A DNA stretch of 64,000 nucleotides, from contig NC_043009.1 of assembly GCF_006345805.1 (NCBI RefSeq), positions 63,240,001 through 63,304,000 on the forward strand. Reading direction: 5' to 3'. Source of the stretch: Octopus sinensis. Taxonomy: Eukaryota. Position 1 is the stretch's first letter. Each line of letters begins with the position of its first letter. The notes under the pieces are model-generated. The model had not been told where the DNA came from. It did not search any database and saw nothing but the letters and a program-made list of their open reading frames with translations. This document shows positions 37,177-50,723 of this stretch, in pieces. Made by a program: the position numbers and the translations under genes.

Positions 37177-37193
37177 ATGTATATATATGTATA

Positions 37194-37319
<126 letters not shown>

Positions 37320-37579
37320 ATATATATATTTCGAATTGAAAGTGGTTGGTCCTTCACAAGGATGTAATCTATCCAAGAGTACATCGGTTTAGTTCCATAT
37401 CGATTAACATACTTGGAATTCATCAATTTGTGTTAGTATTAGTGTTAACACTTATGAAGTTCCAGTAGGCGCTTTCATCTATTCGATACAGGAGAACAGA
37501 ATTTGAATAATATAAGATAAGAAAAAAGACAGGTTTGAACACAGAAAAATCAAATCATTATATAATAGTCAATTTCATA

Positions 37580-37673
37580 TCGCCTACGTACGTTTCAATT
37601 TCTGATTTTCATTCATATTTTGCAACTAAGATTGCATTATGCATTTAAAAGGTAAAAAATCCATTCAAGGCAA
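37580..37673 (-). ncRNA. Decayed type I hammerhead motif
   Basis: TTGCC-[TTGAATG]-GATTTTT...AGAAATT-GAA-ACGTACGT-A-GGCGA: stems I, II and palindromic III retained, core altered. Confidence 0.45.
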
Positions 37674-38051
37674 AAATTTACAAAAATTCATATATATATA
37701 TATATATATATAAATATACATATACATATACATATATAGATATACATACATATATATATATGTGCGTATGTGTATGTATCTTCTACTTCTTTCAGTCATT
37801 TCAGTGCGGCCATGCTGGTGCGCTGCCTAGAACGGTTTTAATGGAACAAATCGACACTAGCACTTTTATACACACATACACACGCACACATGTAACGTAT
37901 GTACGCATTCAGATATGTATACATATACGTAATTGCATGTATTTATCTGTGCATATACTTCTCTCGATATATATATATATAAATATATACATGTATATAT
38001 ATATATGCATATATATATATATGCATATATATATGTGTGTGTATGTGAGTG

Positions 38052-38090
<39 letters not shown>

Positions 38091-38274
38091 ATGGATTGTA
38101 CGCATGTCTAAATGCTTATGCATCAATGGGTGCTTTGATTCTTTTCAAATCCCTTTGGTTCTTCCACAACAAAAATGTTTTAACAAATACACAATAAGCG
38201 AGGAAAAATTTTGAAGTTTTTATTGTGACGAACATTCATACAATTATTATTACTTTTATTATTGTTGTTGTTGC

Positions 38275-38346
<72 letters not shown>

Positions 38347-38944
38347 ATCACACTTATGTAAGTTGTTATAGTGCCTATATTCCCAGCTCAACTGATTATA
38401 ACAACACAGTCTTAAATTTCAAATGAGTTTTCAAGATTAGATAGCCTCCGAATATCAACGTTTTAAATTTGATCTCATCTTAAAAGAGAGCAGCGCAGTT
38501 AGAACGTTTTTGTATTATTTTCCACTAAGATGTCCTCCACTACTTCTCTCAGATGAACAACTTGGAAATATGCAACGAAATGTCGAAATATGCCAAACAC
38601 TGTGGTCTTTGTACTCCTGTTTCAGATTCCAAATCTCTCGATAAATTGGTAGGTCGGATTAAGTTATTATTGTAATATCACTTCAAACGTTGTTTATTTT
38701 AATTCCCTTCTGCTTCATTTCGTTTTTAAATCTTTATATTTTTGGAGAAATTTAGCTGCAGATTACTTGAGATTAGATACAATGCATACTATGTAGTTTT
38801 TTTCTCGTAGAAATAGACGTAAACTGTTTTTTCTTTCCTTTTAACTATTTGCATGTAGACTTCAAGACATTCCTGTAAACATGGAGTTTAGAGTGACCGT
38901 GTAAATTTTCCTTTAACCAGCTGAGCAAATCGATATTGCCATTC

Positions 38945-39610
38945 TTCAATTACTATTAATATATTGGTTTCAAATTTTGTCACAATGTCAGCAATTTCGG
39001 AGGAAGGAGCAAGCCGATTACATTGACCCCCCCCCCACCAATAATCAAGTCGATTACTGGAATCGATGTAATGAACTAATACATATTTCGTTGACCCTGA
39101 AAGGATGAAATGCAAAGTCGACCTCGACGGAATTTGATCTCAGAGCCTAAAGCCGGGCAACAATTCTGCCAGCTCGCTGCCTTAATTTAATTTGGCACAA
39201 GGCTGGCAATTTCGAGGAAGGGATTACATCGATTACATCGATCCCTATGCTCAGCTGCTATTTATTTTATCGGCCACAAAAAGACGAAAGACAAAATCGA
39301 CATCTGCGAAATTTGAACTCGGAGCGTAAAGACAAATGAAAGGCCGCTAAGCATTTCCCCAATGCCAGCTCGCCGCCTTAATATATTAACAAGTAGATTA
39401 GAGGGCTGGCAGAATCGCAACCACGCCGGAAGAAAATGTTTAGCGGCATTTCGTCTGTCTTTACGTTCTGAGGTTAAATTCCACCAAGGTCAACTTTGCC
39501 TTTCCTCTTTTCAGGGTTAATAAAATAAGTACCAGTTGAGCACTGGGGTCGATGTAACCGGCTTACTCTCACCCACCAAACAGCGGGCCTTGTACCAAAG
39601 TTTGAAACCA
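38945..39610. mobile_element. Cluster of old SINE A copies (two minus, one plus)
   Basis: Degenerate GATGAAA...GTCGACCTCG motifs and a plus head at ~39400. Confidence 0.75.
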
Positions 39611-40395
39611 ATTTGTATTTATATATTTGTATACTAATAGGAATAAAGATATGAAATTATTATTCATGTCCAAGATCATTCCTGGACACAATATTACTCT
39701 GTGTAAAATCTTCAAACGTTAGCTGTCAATTTCAGTTTTTGAAGTGTAAAGGTGATTTTTCTAAAAAAAATTATTTAAAAAAATATTATGAAAATGAAAA
39801 TGTTTCTAACCTTTTGGGGGAAATATGTATGAATATATGTATGCATGTAGGTATTGTATGTACAACGAAAATATTGTAATTCATAATACCTGAAACACAA
39901 ATAATGTAGATAGCTCTACAGGTAATTATTAGAAAGTTCTTTAGTTGTAGAGATTGAGATGATATATTCAATATGATCTAAGTAAACTTGAGAAAAATTC
40001 AACAATCTCTTACTAATCTGTTTCGGAATAATTGTCCCTTTTTATGTCATTTCATCACATAAAGATCCTCTTAAACCAGATATCTGTACCATTTAACCAC
40101 TTAGTATTGGTACAGATACCATCTGACAGCAGCATAAACTGATGAGATTTCTACTGGCTACAGTTCAGTTTTGATGAATAATGTTTCATTCAAGAATGCC
40201 CTGCTCAAAGCTTACTATAAAATAGATCATGCGTTTTTTACCCCTACGAAATACCTATAATATGTTTGCAGTGAGATGATGTTGAATTTAATACTTTTAG
40301 GTTATCTTCCTATTTGTATTTTTTTTATTGAATTCCTTATATTTGCCAAGAAAGTTTTAATGATCAAAGAAGACTTATGTATTTTACTCCAGTTC

Positions 40396-40459
<64 letters not shown>

Positions 40460-40989
40460 TGAAGGTTGAAAAATGGGTATCCTGTCATTGAAAAAACCCG
40501 ATAGAAAAATTTATGTGAAGCAAATTATTCATCAGTTAACGAATGAACAGAAAAGAAAGCTGAATATTGAATGCGGGGAGGACCAACAAAGAAGCTACAC
40601 AATCGCCATTACGGAAGCTGTCACCGATACAACACTCTATGTCAACAACTGCCGGGATTTATTCTCACGCTTACTTTGCAGCTTTTGAACTAGAACTAAT
40701 GGACATGTGTTCGTTGTGAATATTTCTCATTTATCACTGGAGTCACATTAGTGTGTTTAGCAGACGACATCAAATCAAACAAGACTCCTTAAAACCTGTC
40801 TTGTTATTTCACGTCAATTCATTCGATAATGCCTCCAACCGCTTAATCGATTTCATTTCTATCATTATTTATTTCTCAACCTATTTTAACAATCAACGTT
40901 TTTAATGTGTCAGCAGGCTTACAAGTGCAACCCATACATTTCGGTTGTTCGTGGTTTAATCAAACAGGATATCCTACGAAATGTATTAA

Positions 40990-41381
40990 TCATTTCTATT
41001 CTAGGCACAAGGCCTGAAATTTTGGGGAAGTGGGATAAATCGATTATGTCGACCGCAGTGATCAACTGGTACTTATTTCATCGATCCGGAAAGAATGAAA
41101 GGCAAAGTCGGAATTTGAACTCAGAACATAAAAACGGACGAAGTGCCGCATAACATTTTGTCCAGCTTGCTAACGATTCTGTCAGCTGACTACTTTACAA
41201 AATGAATGAATACTAGGAAGGGGAAATGGCTGTGTGGTTAAAAAGTTCGCTCTGCAACCACGAGGTTTCGAGTTCAGTCCCACTGCATGGCATGTTGGGC
41301 AAGTGTTTTCTTGTGCGGCTCCAGGCCGACTAATCCCTTGTGAATAAACTTGGTGCACGGAAACCGTGTGGAATCCCATCG

Positions 41382-41437
<56 letters not shown>

Positions 41438-41605
41438 TGTATGTGTGTGTGTGTGTATGTATGTGTGTATATGTGTGTGTGTGGCAAAAGAGAACGGCAG
41501 AATAATTGCGGGACTTAATCGTACGTACTGCGGTCGATTTGTTTTACTAAATCCTTCAAGGCGGTGCTCCAACATGGCCACACTCCAATGACTACAACAA
41601 ATAAA
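40990..41605. mobile_element. Minus SINE A (40990-41190) followed by plus SINE B (41222-41605)
   Basis: Family consensus matches. Confidence 0.8.
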
Positions 41606-42072
41606 AGCTAAATAATAGAAAAGAAGCTAGTGTTGTTATGAATTGCCAAAAATAAGTTAAATAAAATTCGTAAAATTAAATAAGTTTGTGTGACGTGAGA
41701 AAAAGTGAAATTCGACAATTCGAACCCGAGAAGAATTAGAGAAGAATTAGGAAAATGCTTTTCCGAAGAAGAGGCCTCGTGGCACGCAAAATTTTTGGAA
41801 ATATAAGTATCCTCAATGCAAAACAGGAAGAAGCCATGTCTATATATAACAATTTGTAGTTGTCTAAAGAAACCCTGCCCAAAACATATTAAATTAGGGC
41901 CTATCTATCATTTGATGTATTAATCGTAATAGACATTGAAATTATGCAAATAGCAGACAAATCTACCAAGACACAATTACGTAGCTTGTGGGTGTCACTT
42001 TTATAGGGGTGTCACTTTGAAAGTCTGCTGTATAATATATATGTGTGTGTGTGTGTGTGTATGTGTTTGTGA

Positions 42073-42280
42073 GTGACCTCGTGTGTACCGTTGGCGATTT
42101 TTTTTCCTCTGTCTTCCCTTCTCTGGATATTTCCTTCTCCTATGTTTCCGACGAAGAGCTCCGCTCGAAACGTTAAACCCTCCTTCTTTCCTTCTTTCCT
42201 GAGCGTCCAATAATACTATATTTGTTCCACGTCCTCGCGTTGTTGTGTTTTTTCTTTGTGCTTTCTTGTTTGGATTAACT
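42073..42280 (+). mobile_element. Minimal-hammerhead repeat, copy 3
   Basis: 42144-42178: GTTT-CCGACGA-A-GAGC-TCC-GCTC-GAA-ACGT-T-AAAC; ends TGGATTAAC then (TA)n. Confidence 0.75.
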
Positions 42281-42294
42281 ATATATATACATAC

Positions 42295-42350
<56 letters not shown>

Positions 42351-42400
42351 TGTGTGTGTGTGTGTATGTGTGTGTGTGTATGTATATATGTATGTGTATA

Positions 42401-42600
42401 TTCCATAATTTTTGTCCTTAATTTCCCAAATTAATCTACTTAAACTAGTGCTAGCGTCTTTCCTCTTACCTCTAAAAGTGCTTTCGTGGTTGGCTATCCT
42501 GCTATTTATATAGTCTTCCGTGGAGCCTATATAGTTGTAATCCTGAAGGGTCAACCTCGAGCGACACATACACTCTAGCTACATCACTGTCAAGGTACCC
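42401..42600 (-). mobile_element. Penelope-like GIY-YIG endonuclease fragment
   Basis: YIGSTEDYINSRIANHESTF...TSLSRLIWEIKDK. Confidence 0.75.
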
Positions 42601-42875
42601 AACAACATCTTCGTCTTCCTCTATATAATCTCTAGATTCTTCATTTTTCATTATTACTTTCCCTCTACACAATAGCTCAGTTCAACTCAATTTTTTCTCT
42701 TTCTTCTCAAATGTCAGCTATTCAATTATCCAAGTTATCTTACCTACAATTTAACATAATCTAAAATTTATCGCCAGTCAGTTGTCCGCAGGTTTTCCAT
42801 TAAATTATGTTACGTACGTGTACATAAAATCTTTAGAAACACTCGTGTAGATATATATCTATATATATGTTTGTT

Positions 42876-42953
<78 letters not shown>

Positions 42954-42959
42954 TGTGTA

Positions 42960-44900
42960 CGTATGTGTACCGTCCGTCTCTGACACTTGACAAAGAGCAC
43001 CCAAGCTTACTTGGTGAGGAGGGTGACTGTTGGACACCCTGCGGGATAAAAACAAGACCCGTCGAAGGGTGAAATAACTCAGAAGAGTCAACGGCCATCC
43101 AATAAAGTATGTAAAGTTGTGTGGGTGTATTTTGTGTTGTCTGACCAAAATAGAGCTTTTTTCAAATAGATAAGAGCAGATGTACAAAGAAAGATTCGAA
43201 GCATGCCGGATACTTGGTGACGGAATAAAGCAGAAGAGATAGAGGCTGATTCCAATGTTAAGAACACTAAGTTATTATATACTATCCTTTGTGAAGTGTA
43301 TGGGCCATCATGTCCTGCTTTGGCTCATGTGAAGAATAAGAATGGTGTTTTACTGAGGGAGCCCAAAGACATCTTAAAACGATGGGAGGAACATTTCAAT
43401 GAACTTCTGAATCGACCATCAATTGCTGATGAAAAAAGTATTGATATGATTCTACAGAATGTATCCATCGAGTGCGTAGATGACACCCCGTCAGTGGAGG
43501 AAACAGTAAAAGCAGTATCAAAGCTGAACAATGGCAAAGCACTGGGAGTTGATGGTCTGAATGTAGAACTATTTAAGTTTTTTGTTCTTTTTTTGGTGGG
43601 GGTATTACTTGCTAGAAATGCTGACAGCAGTAATACAGAAAATATGGAAAAATGAAGTTATGCCAAAAGACTGGAATGATGCAGCCATGGAAATTGTGTT
43701 CAAGAGTAAGGGACACAAGGATGAATGCAATGGTTTTCGTGGGTATTTGCCTGCTTGCTACAGTCGTCGGCAAAGTTTTATCACGAATAATTTTAGACCG
43801 GCTGCAGATATATGTGCCTAATGAGATTCTTCCTGATGAATCACAGAGTGGATTCAGAATTGGTAGGGGTACTGTTGACATGACCTTCTCTGCACGGCAG
43901 TTACAGGAAAACTGTGTGGAACAGCAAATGGGGCTTTATCAGATACTCATTGATCTTACTAAGGCTTTTGACTCTGTCAATCGAACTGCCTTGTGGAAGA
44001 TCTTGAAGAGACTCGGATGCCCGGTAAAGTTTCTCACTATTCTGAAGCAGTTTCATGATGGCATGAAAATAAGGATCAACATTGGTGGAAGGCTCTCGGA
44101 GCCTATCTCTATGACGAATGGGGTAAAACAAGGTGACATACCAGCACCCACTCTCTTCACCCTTTTTTTACTATAGTTTTTCAATTGGCTTTCAAAGGCT
44201 CCTATGAAGGCATATATATCAGATATCGCACAACTGGAAAACTCTGTCAGCTAAGTCCTCAACTCTTATTAGAGATCCCCTCTATGCAGATGATTGTGAT
44301 ATTGTCACGCATACTGAGGAGGGCATGCATAATCTTATGAATGCAGTTTCAATGGCTTGTTGAGGCACGTGGCTTAACCATAAATCTAACCAAAATTGTT
44401 GTCATGTTTCAGCTAGCACCAGGAATGCCTGACGTAGAGCCTGGTATCTTCGTGTATGGAAGAAAATTTGCTGTGATTTCTAAGTTTGTTTATTTAGGGA
44501 GCACACTTAACACATCAATGAATCTTGATGATGAAGTTTCTCTGCGCATTCAGAAAGCAAGTCCTACTTTTGGCAAACTGGAAGACCGCCTATGGTCTAG
44601 ACATGGTATTTCCACTGCGACAAAGATTAACGTATACAATACATGTATATTAACCTCTTTACTGTGTGCTTGCGAAACCTGGACTGTGTATTGTAAGCAC
44701 TTAGAACTAATGGAACGTTTTGATCAACAATGTCTCAGAAGGATTTTGAGGATCAGCTGGAAAATGTTTTTGAGTGACGATGAGGTGCTTGAAAAAAAGA
44801 AATGCTTCAGTGTTGAAGCTTTGCTATTGCAGTACAGATTGAGATGGAGTGGACACTTAGTCAGAATGACAGACAACTAAATGCCTAAACAACTTTTTTT
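42960..44900 (+). mobile_element. RTE-clade LINE, degraded; RT region at 43296-44880 with frameshifts
   Basis: ILKRWEEHFNELLNRPS, KALGVDG, ESQSGFRIGRGTVDM, IDLTKAFDSVNR, GVKQG, LYADDC (44280-44297), FVYLGS, CETWT, RLRWSGHLVRM; endonuclease region absent. The 5' boundary is a tentative UTR-like hairpin at ~43035. Confidence 0.92.
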
Positions 44901-45620
44901 TACAGAAATACGCACACACACACACGAATTAGAAAATCGACAGCGAAACATTAGGCTTGGATGGCTACAAAGTGTTCGTGAAATATTTATTTGCACAAAA
45001 TTCTACACGGCTCTATTTTCCAGTGAATAGGATGTAAAACAGAAAACAGCCAACCGATGTAAGGAGTGAACTGACTGAAGGTCAGTATTCCCTTACATTG
45101 GCATTTAATTTAATAAACATGACATCATCGCTATTCAAGATAACATTTGGGTGTTATTCGCTTAAAAGCATTGATTTCATGTTCACAATCTGAGTGAGGA
45201 CATGCAGTTGTGTTGGTTTCGCACAATTTTCTGCGTAAGTAGCTAATAGGATGTAAAGCTATATATATTCTGGCCACATTGTATATAAATGTTTATATTT
45301 TTCATTGCATTCCGCATTGCTTTGCCAGCATAACGAAGTTTTAAAAAAAAACGTCGATTTCTTCAACAGAAATGTGCAGCTTTTTTAATAAAATGTTTTG
45401 CTAAAGTAGAAGATTTTATAGACGATAAAAACGAAGTAGAGGAAGATATACGTGTTTTATTTATATCTTTTTAAATACTTATACACAACACACGTGCAAA
45501 TTTAAATTATTTGCTCTAACAAATAGTTTATGGTGCAGAGTGTTAATTAATTTAACTCTAAAAAACACCAAATCAAACACAATAATCTTCAAACAGAATA
45601 ATCTTCAATAATCTTCAATA

Positions 45621-45791
45621 GGCGCAGGAGTGGCTGTGTGGTAAGTAGCTTGCTAACCAACCACATGGTTCCGGGTTCAGTCCCACTGCGTGGCATCTTG
45701 GGCAAGTGTCTTCTGCTATAGCCCCGGGCCGACCAATGCCTTGTGAGTGGATTTGGTAGACGAAAACTGAAAGAAGCCTGTCGTATATATG

Positions 45792-45839
<48 letters not shown>

Positions 45840-46047
45840 TGTTTGTATGTCTGTGTTTGTACCCCTAGCATTGCTTGACAACCGATGCTGGTGTGTTTAC
45901 GTCCCCGCAACTTAGCGGTTCGGCAAAAGAGACCGATAGAATAAGTACTGGGCTTACAAAGAATAAGTCCCGGGGTCGATTTGCTTGACTAAAGGCGGTG
46001 CTCCAGCATGGCCGCAGTCAAATGACTGAAACAAGTAAAAGAGAGAG
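45621..46047 (+). mobile_element. SINE family B, full length
   Basis: Near-identical to the reverse complement of 22470-22879. Confidence 0.92.
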
Positions 46048-46282
46048 TAAAGGAGAATTAATTAAAAGTGCACTAAGAAGCGACGATTAAAATAAAATTT
46101 TATACACTTGTATTTCGTGTAAACTCCTTAAATAGAATTTTTTTCCTAGAGAGTACCGCCGCGAAGTTCTTCCCGCGTTTGAGTGGACATGAACTTGTTA
46201 GATATAATGTGCACAGCATTATTGTAACCTTCAGTTCAGGCCCTTGTTTAAGCCATAGCTTTAGTCTCCTTCTAATCAGATA

Positions 46283-46446
46283 GGCGCAAGGGTGGCTGTG
46301 TGGCAAAATACTTGTTTCACAACCCCGTGGTTCCGGATTCCGCCCCATTGCGTGGCACTTTGGGCCTCGGTCCGACCAATGTCTTGTGAGTGGATTTGGT
46401 AGACAGAAACTGAAAGAAGCACGCCGTATATAATGTGTGTGTGTGT

Positions 46447-46504
<58 letters not shown>

Positions 46505-46720
46505 GTGTGTCCTTGTTTATGCTTGTCACCCACCACCGTTGACAACTGGGGTTTCAGTATTTACGTCCCCGTAACATACGGTTCGGAAAATAGACCGATA
46601 GAATAAGTACTAGGCTTAAAATAAGAAGTCCTGGGGGTCGATTCGTTCGACTACAACCCTTTCAAGGTGGTGCCCCAGCTTGGCCGCAGTCAAATGGCCG
46701 AAACAAGTAACAGATAATAG
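46283..46720 (+). mobile_element. SINE family B, older subfamily
   Basis: Family consensus match. Confidence 0.85.
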
Positions 46721-47052
46721 AGACTTACACATGACCCCCCCCCCCACGTAAGATAATTTAATCATCAATCTTACACACAGCTTAACCTTGAGTCTAACAT
46801 TTGTTGTTATTTTAAATCTTAAAGAGTTTAACCCTTTGTCAAATTGTTTGACTAATAGTTAACCTAGCAAACAAGCATTTGCTGCAAACCGCAGTCTAAT
46901 TCAAACACTCACTTGTAACCTAACATGAAGTTGTTATTGCAAACATCTGAACAACCGGAATTATATAATAATTCTATATTTCTGAGCTAAAGAACAAATA
47001 TAATGTATACTGTTTACATTAGTTGCTTTGGTGTCCTCTTGATCATTTCTTT

Positions 47053-47094
47053 CACTGCGTTTCGGCTGTTATACGAACCAACCTTCTTCAGGTG
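47053..47094 (-). ncRNA. Minimal hammerhead motif, one key position mutated
   Basis: CAC-CTGAAGA-A-GGTTG-(10 nt)-CAGCC-GAA-ACGC-A-GTG; U16.1 replaced by C. Confidence 0.55.
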
Positions 47095-47241
47095 TCTTCC
47101 CTTGCTTGGCATCGAACCCAGAACCTCTAAGGTGACTGCATTAACCAAGGCCTTTATTCCCTACGCTATGCACGCAGGCTGTGATTGAGTAAATTTTTAA
47201 GGCTTATAAACCTCCATTAATATCTCAGAAATATAGATTTA

Positions 47242-47459
47242 AGGCGGCGAGCTGGCAGAAACTTTAGCAGGCCGGGCGAAAAGCTCAGCTGTATTTCGTC
47301 TGCCGTTACGTTCTGAGTTCAAATTCCGCCGAGGTCGACTTTCGGAGTCGATAAATTAAGGACAAGCTGAGCACTGAGGTCGATGTCATCGACTTAATCC
47401 CTTTGTCTGTCCTTGTTTGTCCCCTCTATGTTGATCCCCTTGTGGGCAATAATGAAATA
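47242..47459 (+). mobile_element. SINE A with 15-bp TSD
   Basis: AGAAATATAGATTTA at 47227-47241 and 47460-47474. Confidence 0.9.
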
Positions 47460-47656
47460 AGAAATATAGATTTATGTTATCCAGTCAGTACGGAGCCAAT
47501 ATAAAGCAGTGCAGTCCCCTACGATGATAGTTCAATCTCAGGCAAGCCTCTAAGTTGAATCACAAGACACCCTAAGAAGGCTGGAACGTACCACAAGATG
47601 AGGACACAAATTCGACTAATATAAACAGTGTACGTAATTAGAATGATTCCGTTACG

Positions 47657-48037
47657 TGGCACTCCGTCGGTTACGACGACGAGGGTTCCAGTTGACCCGA
47701 TCAACGGAACAGCCTGCTCGTGAAATTAATATTCAAGTGGTTGAGCACTCTACAGACACGTGAACCCTTAACGTAGTTCTCGGGGAGATTTAGCGTGACA
47801 CAGAGTGGGACAAGGCTGGCCCTTTGAAAGACATGTACAAGAGAAACAGGAAGAAAGGGTGAGAGAAAGTTGTAGCGAAAGAGTACAGCAGGGTTCACCA
47901 CCAACCTCTGCCGAAGTCTCGTGGAGCTTTATGTGTTTTCGCTCAATAAATACTCACAACGCCCGGTCTGGGAACCGAAACCGCGATCCTACGACTCCAA
48001 GTCCGCAGCCCTAACCACTGGGCCATTGCGCTTCCAC
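47657..48037 (-). mobile_element. SINE family D, older copy
   Basis: Homologous to 11951-12340. Confidence 0.9.
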
Positions 48038-48109
48038 TTCCGAATACGTATGTTGGAAAGGTAAACATTTTTGAGTGTATCAATATAACATCTGTTTGGG
48101 GGTGCGATG

Positions 48110-48505
48110 GGAATAGGTCATCTCTAACATTGATTGGTACTTATTTTATCGACCCCGAATGGATGAAAGGCGAAGTCGACCCTGGCGGAATTTGAACACA
48201 GGAAGTAAAGACGGACGAAATGCTACTAAACGTTTTGACCGGTGTGCAAAAAATCTTGGCGGCTCACCACCTAGGTCATCTGTAATATTGATTTCAAATT
48301 TTGGCACAATGTCAGTATTTTAGGGGAATGAGTAAGTCGTTTACATTGACCCCAGTACCTCAACTGGTACTTATTTTATCGACTACGAAAGAGATGAAAG
48401 ACAAAGTTGACCGCGGTGGAATTTGAACTCAGAACGTAAAGACAGACGAAATGCCATTAAACATTTCGCCCTGCGCGGTAACGATTCTGCTAGCTCGCCG
48501 CCTTA
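48110..48505 (-). mobile_element. Two old SINE A copies
   Basis: Family consensus match. Confidence 0.75.
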
Positions 48506-48744
48506 AGGTCATCTGTAATATTAACGATGGTCAAAATTAAGAACCGCATTCTACACAACAGCCAACTTGTAACTTACTTAACTACTTCTAACAGCCCATA
48601 TAAGGCATTGTCTTTACAAAGTAGCGACAAAACGAACATCGATAATATCCTTGTCCAAATTCGTCAGGAAACTCAGAAACTAAGAAACGGAATGCTCTTC
48701 AGTAACAAGGGGTTTCATCAACCTCTTTATTGTATTAACCCCTT

Positions 48745-48953
48745 TGTTGTATGCTTACGAAGCCTGGACTGTGTATCGTAAGCACTTAGAACTTATGGAA
48801 AGTTTTGATCAACAATTTCTCAGACAGATGTTTTTGAGTAACGATGAGGTGCTTGAAGGAAGGAAATGCTTCAGTATTGAAGCTTTGCAGTACAGATTGA
48901 GGTGTACTCCGTACTTCAATGCAGTACAGATTGAGATGTACTCCGTACTTCAG
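48745..48953 (+). mobile_element. Short RTE fragment homologous to ~44660-44845, ending in a 34-bp tandem duplication
   Basis: AYEAWTVYRKHLELMESFDQQ; duplication at 48886-48919 and 48920-48953. Confidence 0.85.
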
Positions 48954-49373
48954 TGAGTTATGAAATAGTAGGCTTTGCTTAACTGAAAAGTTCCAACAAG
49001 TTCTTATTACTAAAAAGTTACAAGCCGCCTGTAAATTTTAATCCGCATTCTCTGTAGATATTACTTGCGAATGACATCCATATGATCATGAAATAGATAT
49101 TATTTTTTACTTAACAACCTTGTCATGCACAATCTGTGATAAATAGCAAATGTTCAGCTAATAAAAGGTGACATGTTTACATTTGTATTAATCACAGACT
49201 TCCAGGAACTGTAAAAAAAATTTCTGAAATGGTAAAAGACAAGATTTCATTCCTTTTAATAAATTAAATTCTTTTTATGGTTTATAAAAAAACATTTATA
49301 AAGATAGCACATACATGTTTGTGTCTGTGTGCGCGATAGAGAGAAAGAGGGAGAAAGAGAGAGAGAGATAAAT

Positions 49374-49411
<38 letters not shown>

Positions 49412-49528
49412 CTCCATATGGCTTTTTCTTACTAATAAACATATATACTACAGAATTGTGTTTCAAGTCAAAGTTTGAACTATTATCCATCAAAGTCTAT
49501 CACAAGCACATCTATCTATCTATCTATC

Positions 49529-49567
<39 letters not shown>

Positions 49568-49568
49568 G

Positions 49569-49653
<85 letters not shown>

Positions 49654-49856
49654 GGAAATGGTCAGACAACAAAAGAATGGAAGAGACCTCGATATTATGT
49701 AAATAGAGGAATTTATCTGTAAATATATGTGACAATTATTCTCTCTTTTTTTATACATTTTTTTTGATGGCCCGATAACTGAAGAGATGCCGGCGTGGGT
49801 TTCCGCCCCGACATCCATAACTCGGAGTTTTATCATGGCTACCAAATATTGGTTAC

Positions 49857-49896
<40 letters not shown>

Positions 49897-50009
49897 CACA
49901 TATATATACACATATACATATTTATGTGTGTGTGTTATATGGATATATATATATATATAGTGTATATATGTGTGTGTTATATAGACGTATATATATAATA
50001 AATTCCCCA

Positions 50010-50210
50010 CCCCCTAAAAAAACGAAGAACAAACACAAAGAAACAACAACATGGGGATGTGGTACATATAATGTATTAGCAGACGCTCAGGGAAGGAAAG
50101 AAAGGTGGTTTAACGTTTCGAGCAAAGCTCTTCTTCAGAAGCAAAGGTAAGTCCAATAGAAAAGGAAGAAAAAATCGCCAACGATGCACATGTGGTTACA
50201 TTTTGAAATG
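50010..50210 (-). mobile_element. Minimal-hammerhead repeat, divergent copy 4
   Basis: 50108-50142 minus: GCTT-CTGAAGA-A-GAGC-TTT-GCTC-GAA-ACGT-T-AAAC (canonical CUGA core). Confidence 0.7.
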
Positions 50211-50236
50211 ACCGATACATACATATGTACTTATGT

Positions 50237-50286
<50 letters not shown>

Positions 50287-50349
50287 TATATATATGCATA
50301 TATGTATATATATATATATATATACGCAGATGAATGTTATATATATATA

Positions 50350-50576
50350 TATTTCTTTACTGCCCACAAGGGGCTAAACATAGAAGGACGAACAAGGACA
50401 GACAAAGGGATTAAGTCGATTACATCGACCCCAGTGTTCAACTGGTACTTATTTTATCGACCCCGAAAGATGAAAGGCAAAGTCGACCTCGGCGGATTTG
50501 AACCCAGAACACTTAACGGCAGACGAAATACGGCTAAGCATTTCGCCCGGCGTGCTAACGTTTCTGCCAGCTCGCC
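50350..50576 (-). mobile_element. SINE A, same young subfamily as 12935-13169
   Basis: Shares the diagnostic GAACCCAGAACACTTAACGGCAGACG. Confidence 0.9.
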
Positions 50577-50642
50577 TATATATATATATATATAATATAT
50601 ATATATATAATATATATATATATATTATATATATATATCTAT

Positions 50643-50673
<31 letters not shown>

Positions 50674-50687
50674 CTATATATATATTA

Positions 50688-50723
<36 letters not shown>

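Noticed and set aside
40473-40688. Short non-repetitive ORFs (also 773-1066, 50703-51048, 53271-53516, 63281-63520)
   Set aside because: No recognisable domain, no convincing splice context, and lengths expected by chance.
45023-45080. Exon-like segment with TTTTCCAG and GAAG|GTCAGT
   Set aside because: Stops in all three frames and no other support.
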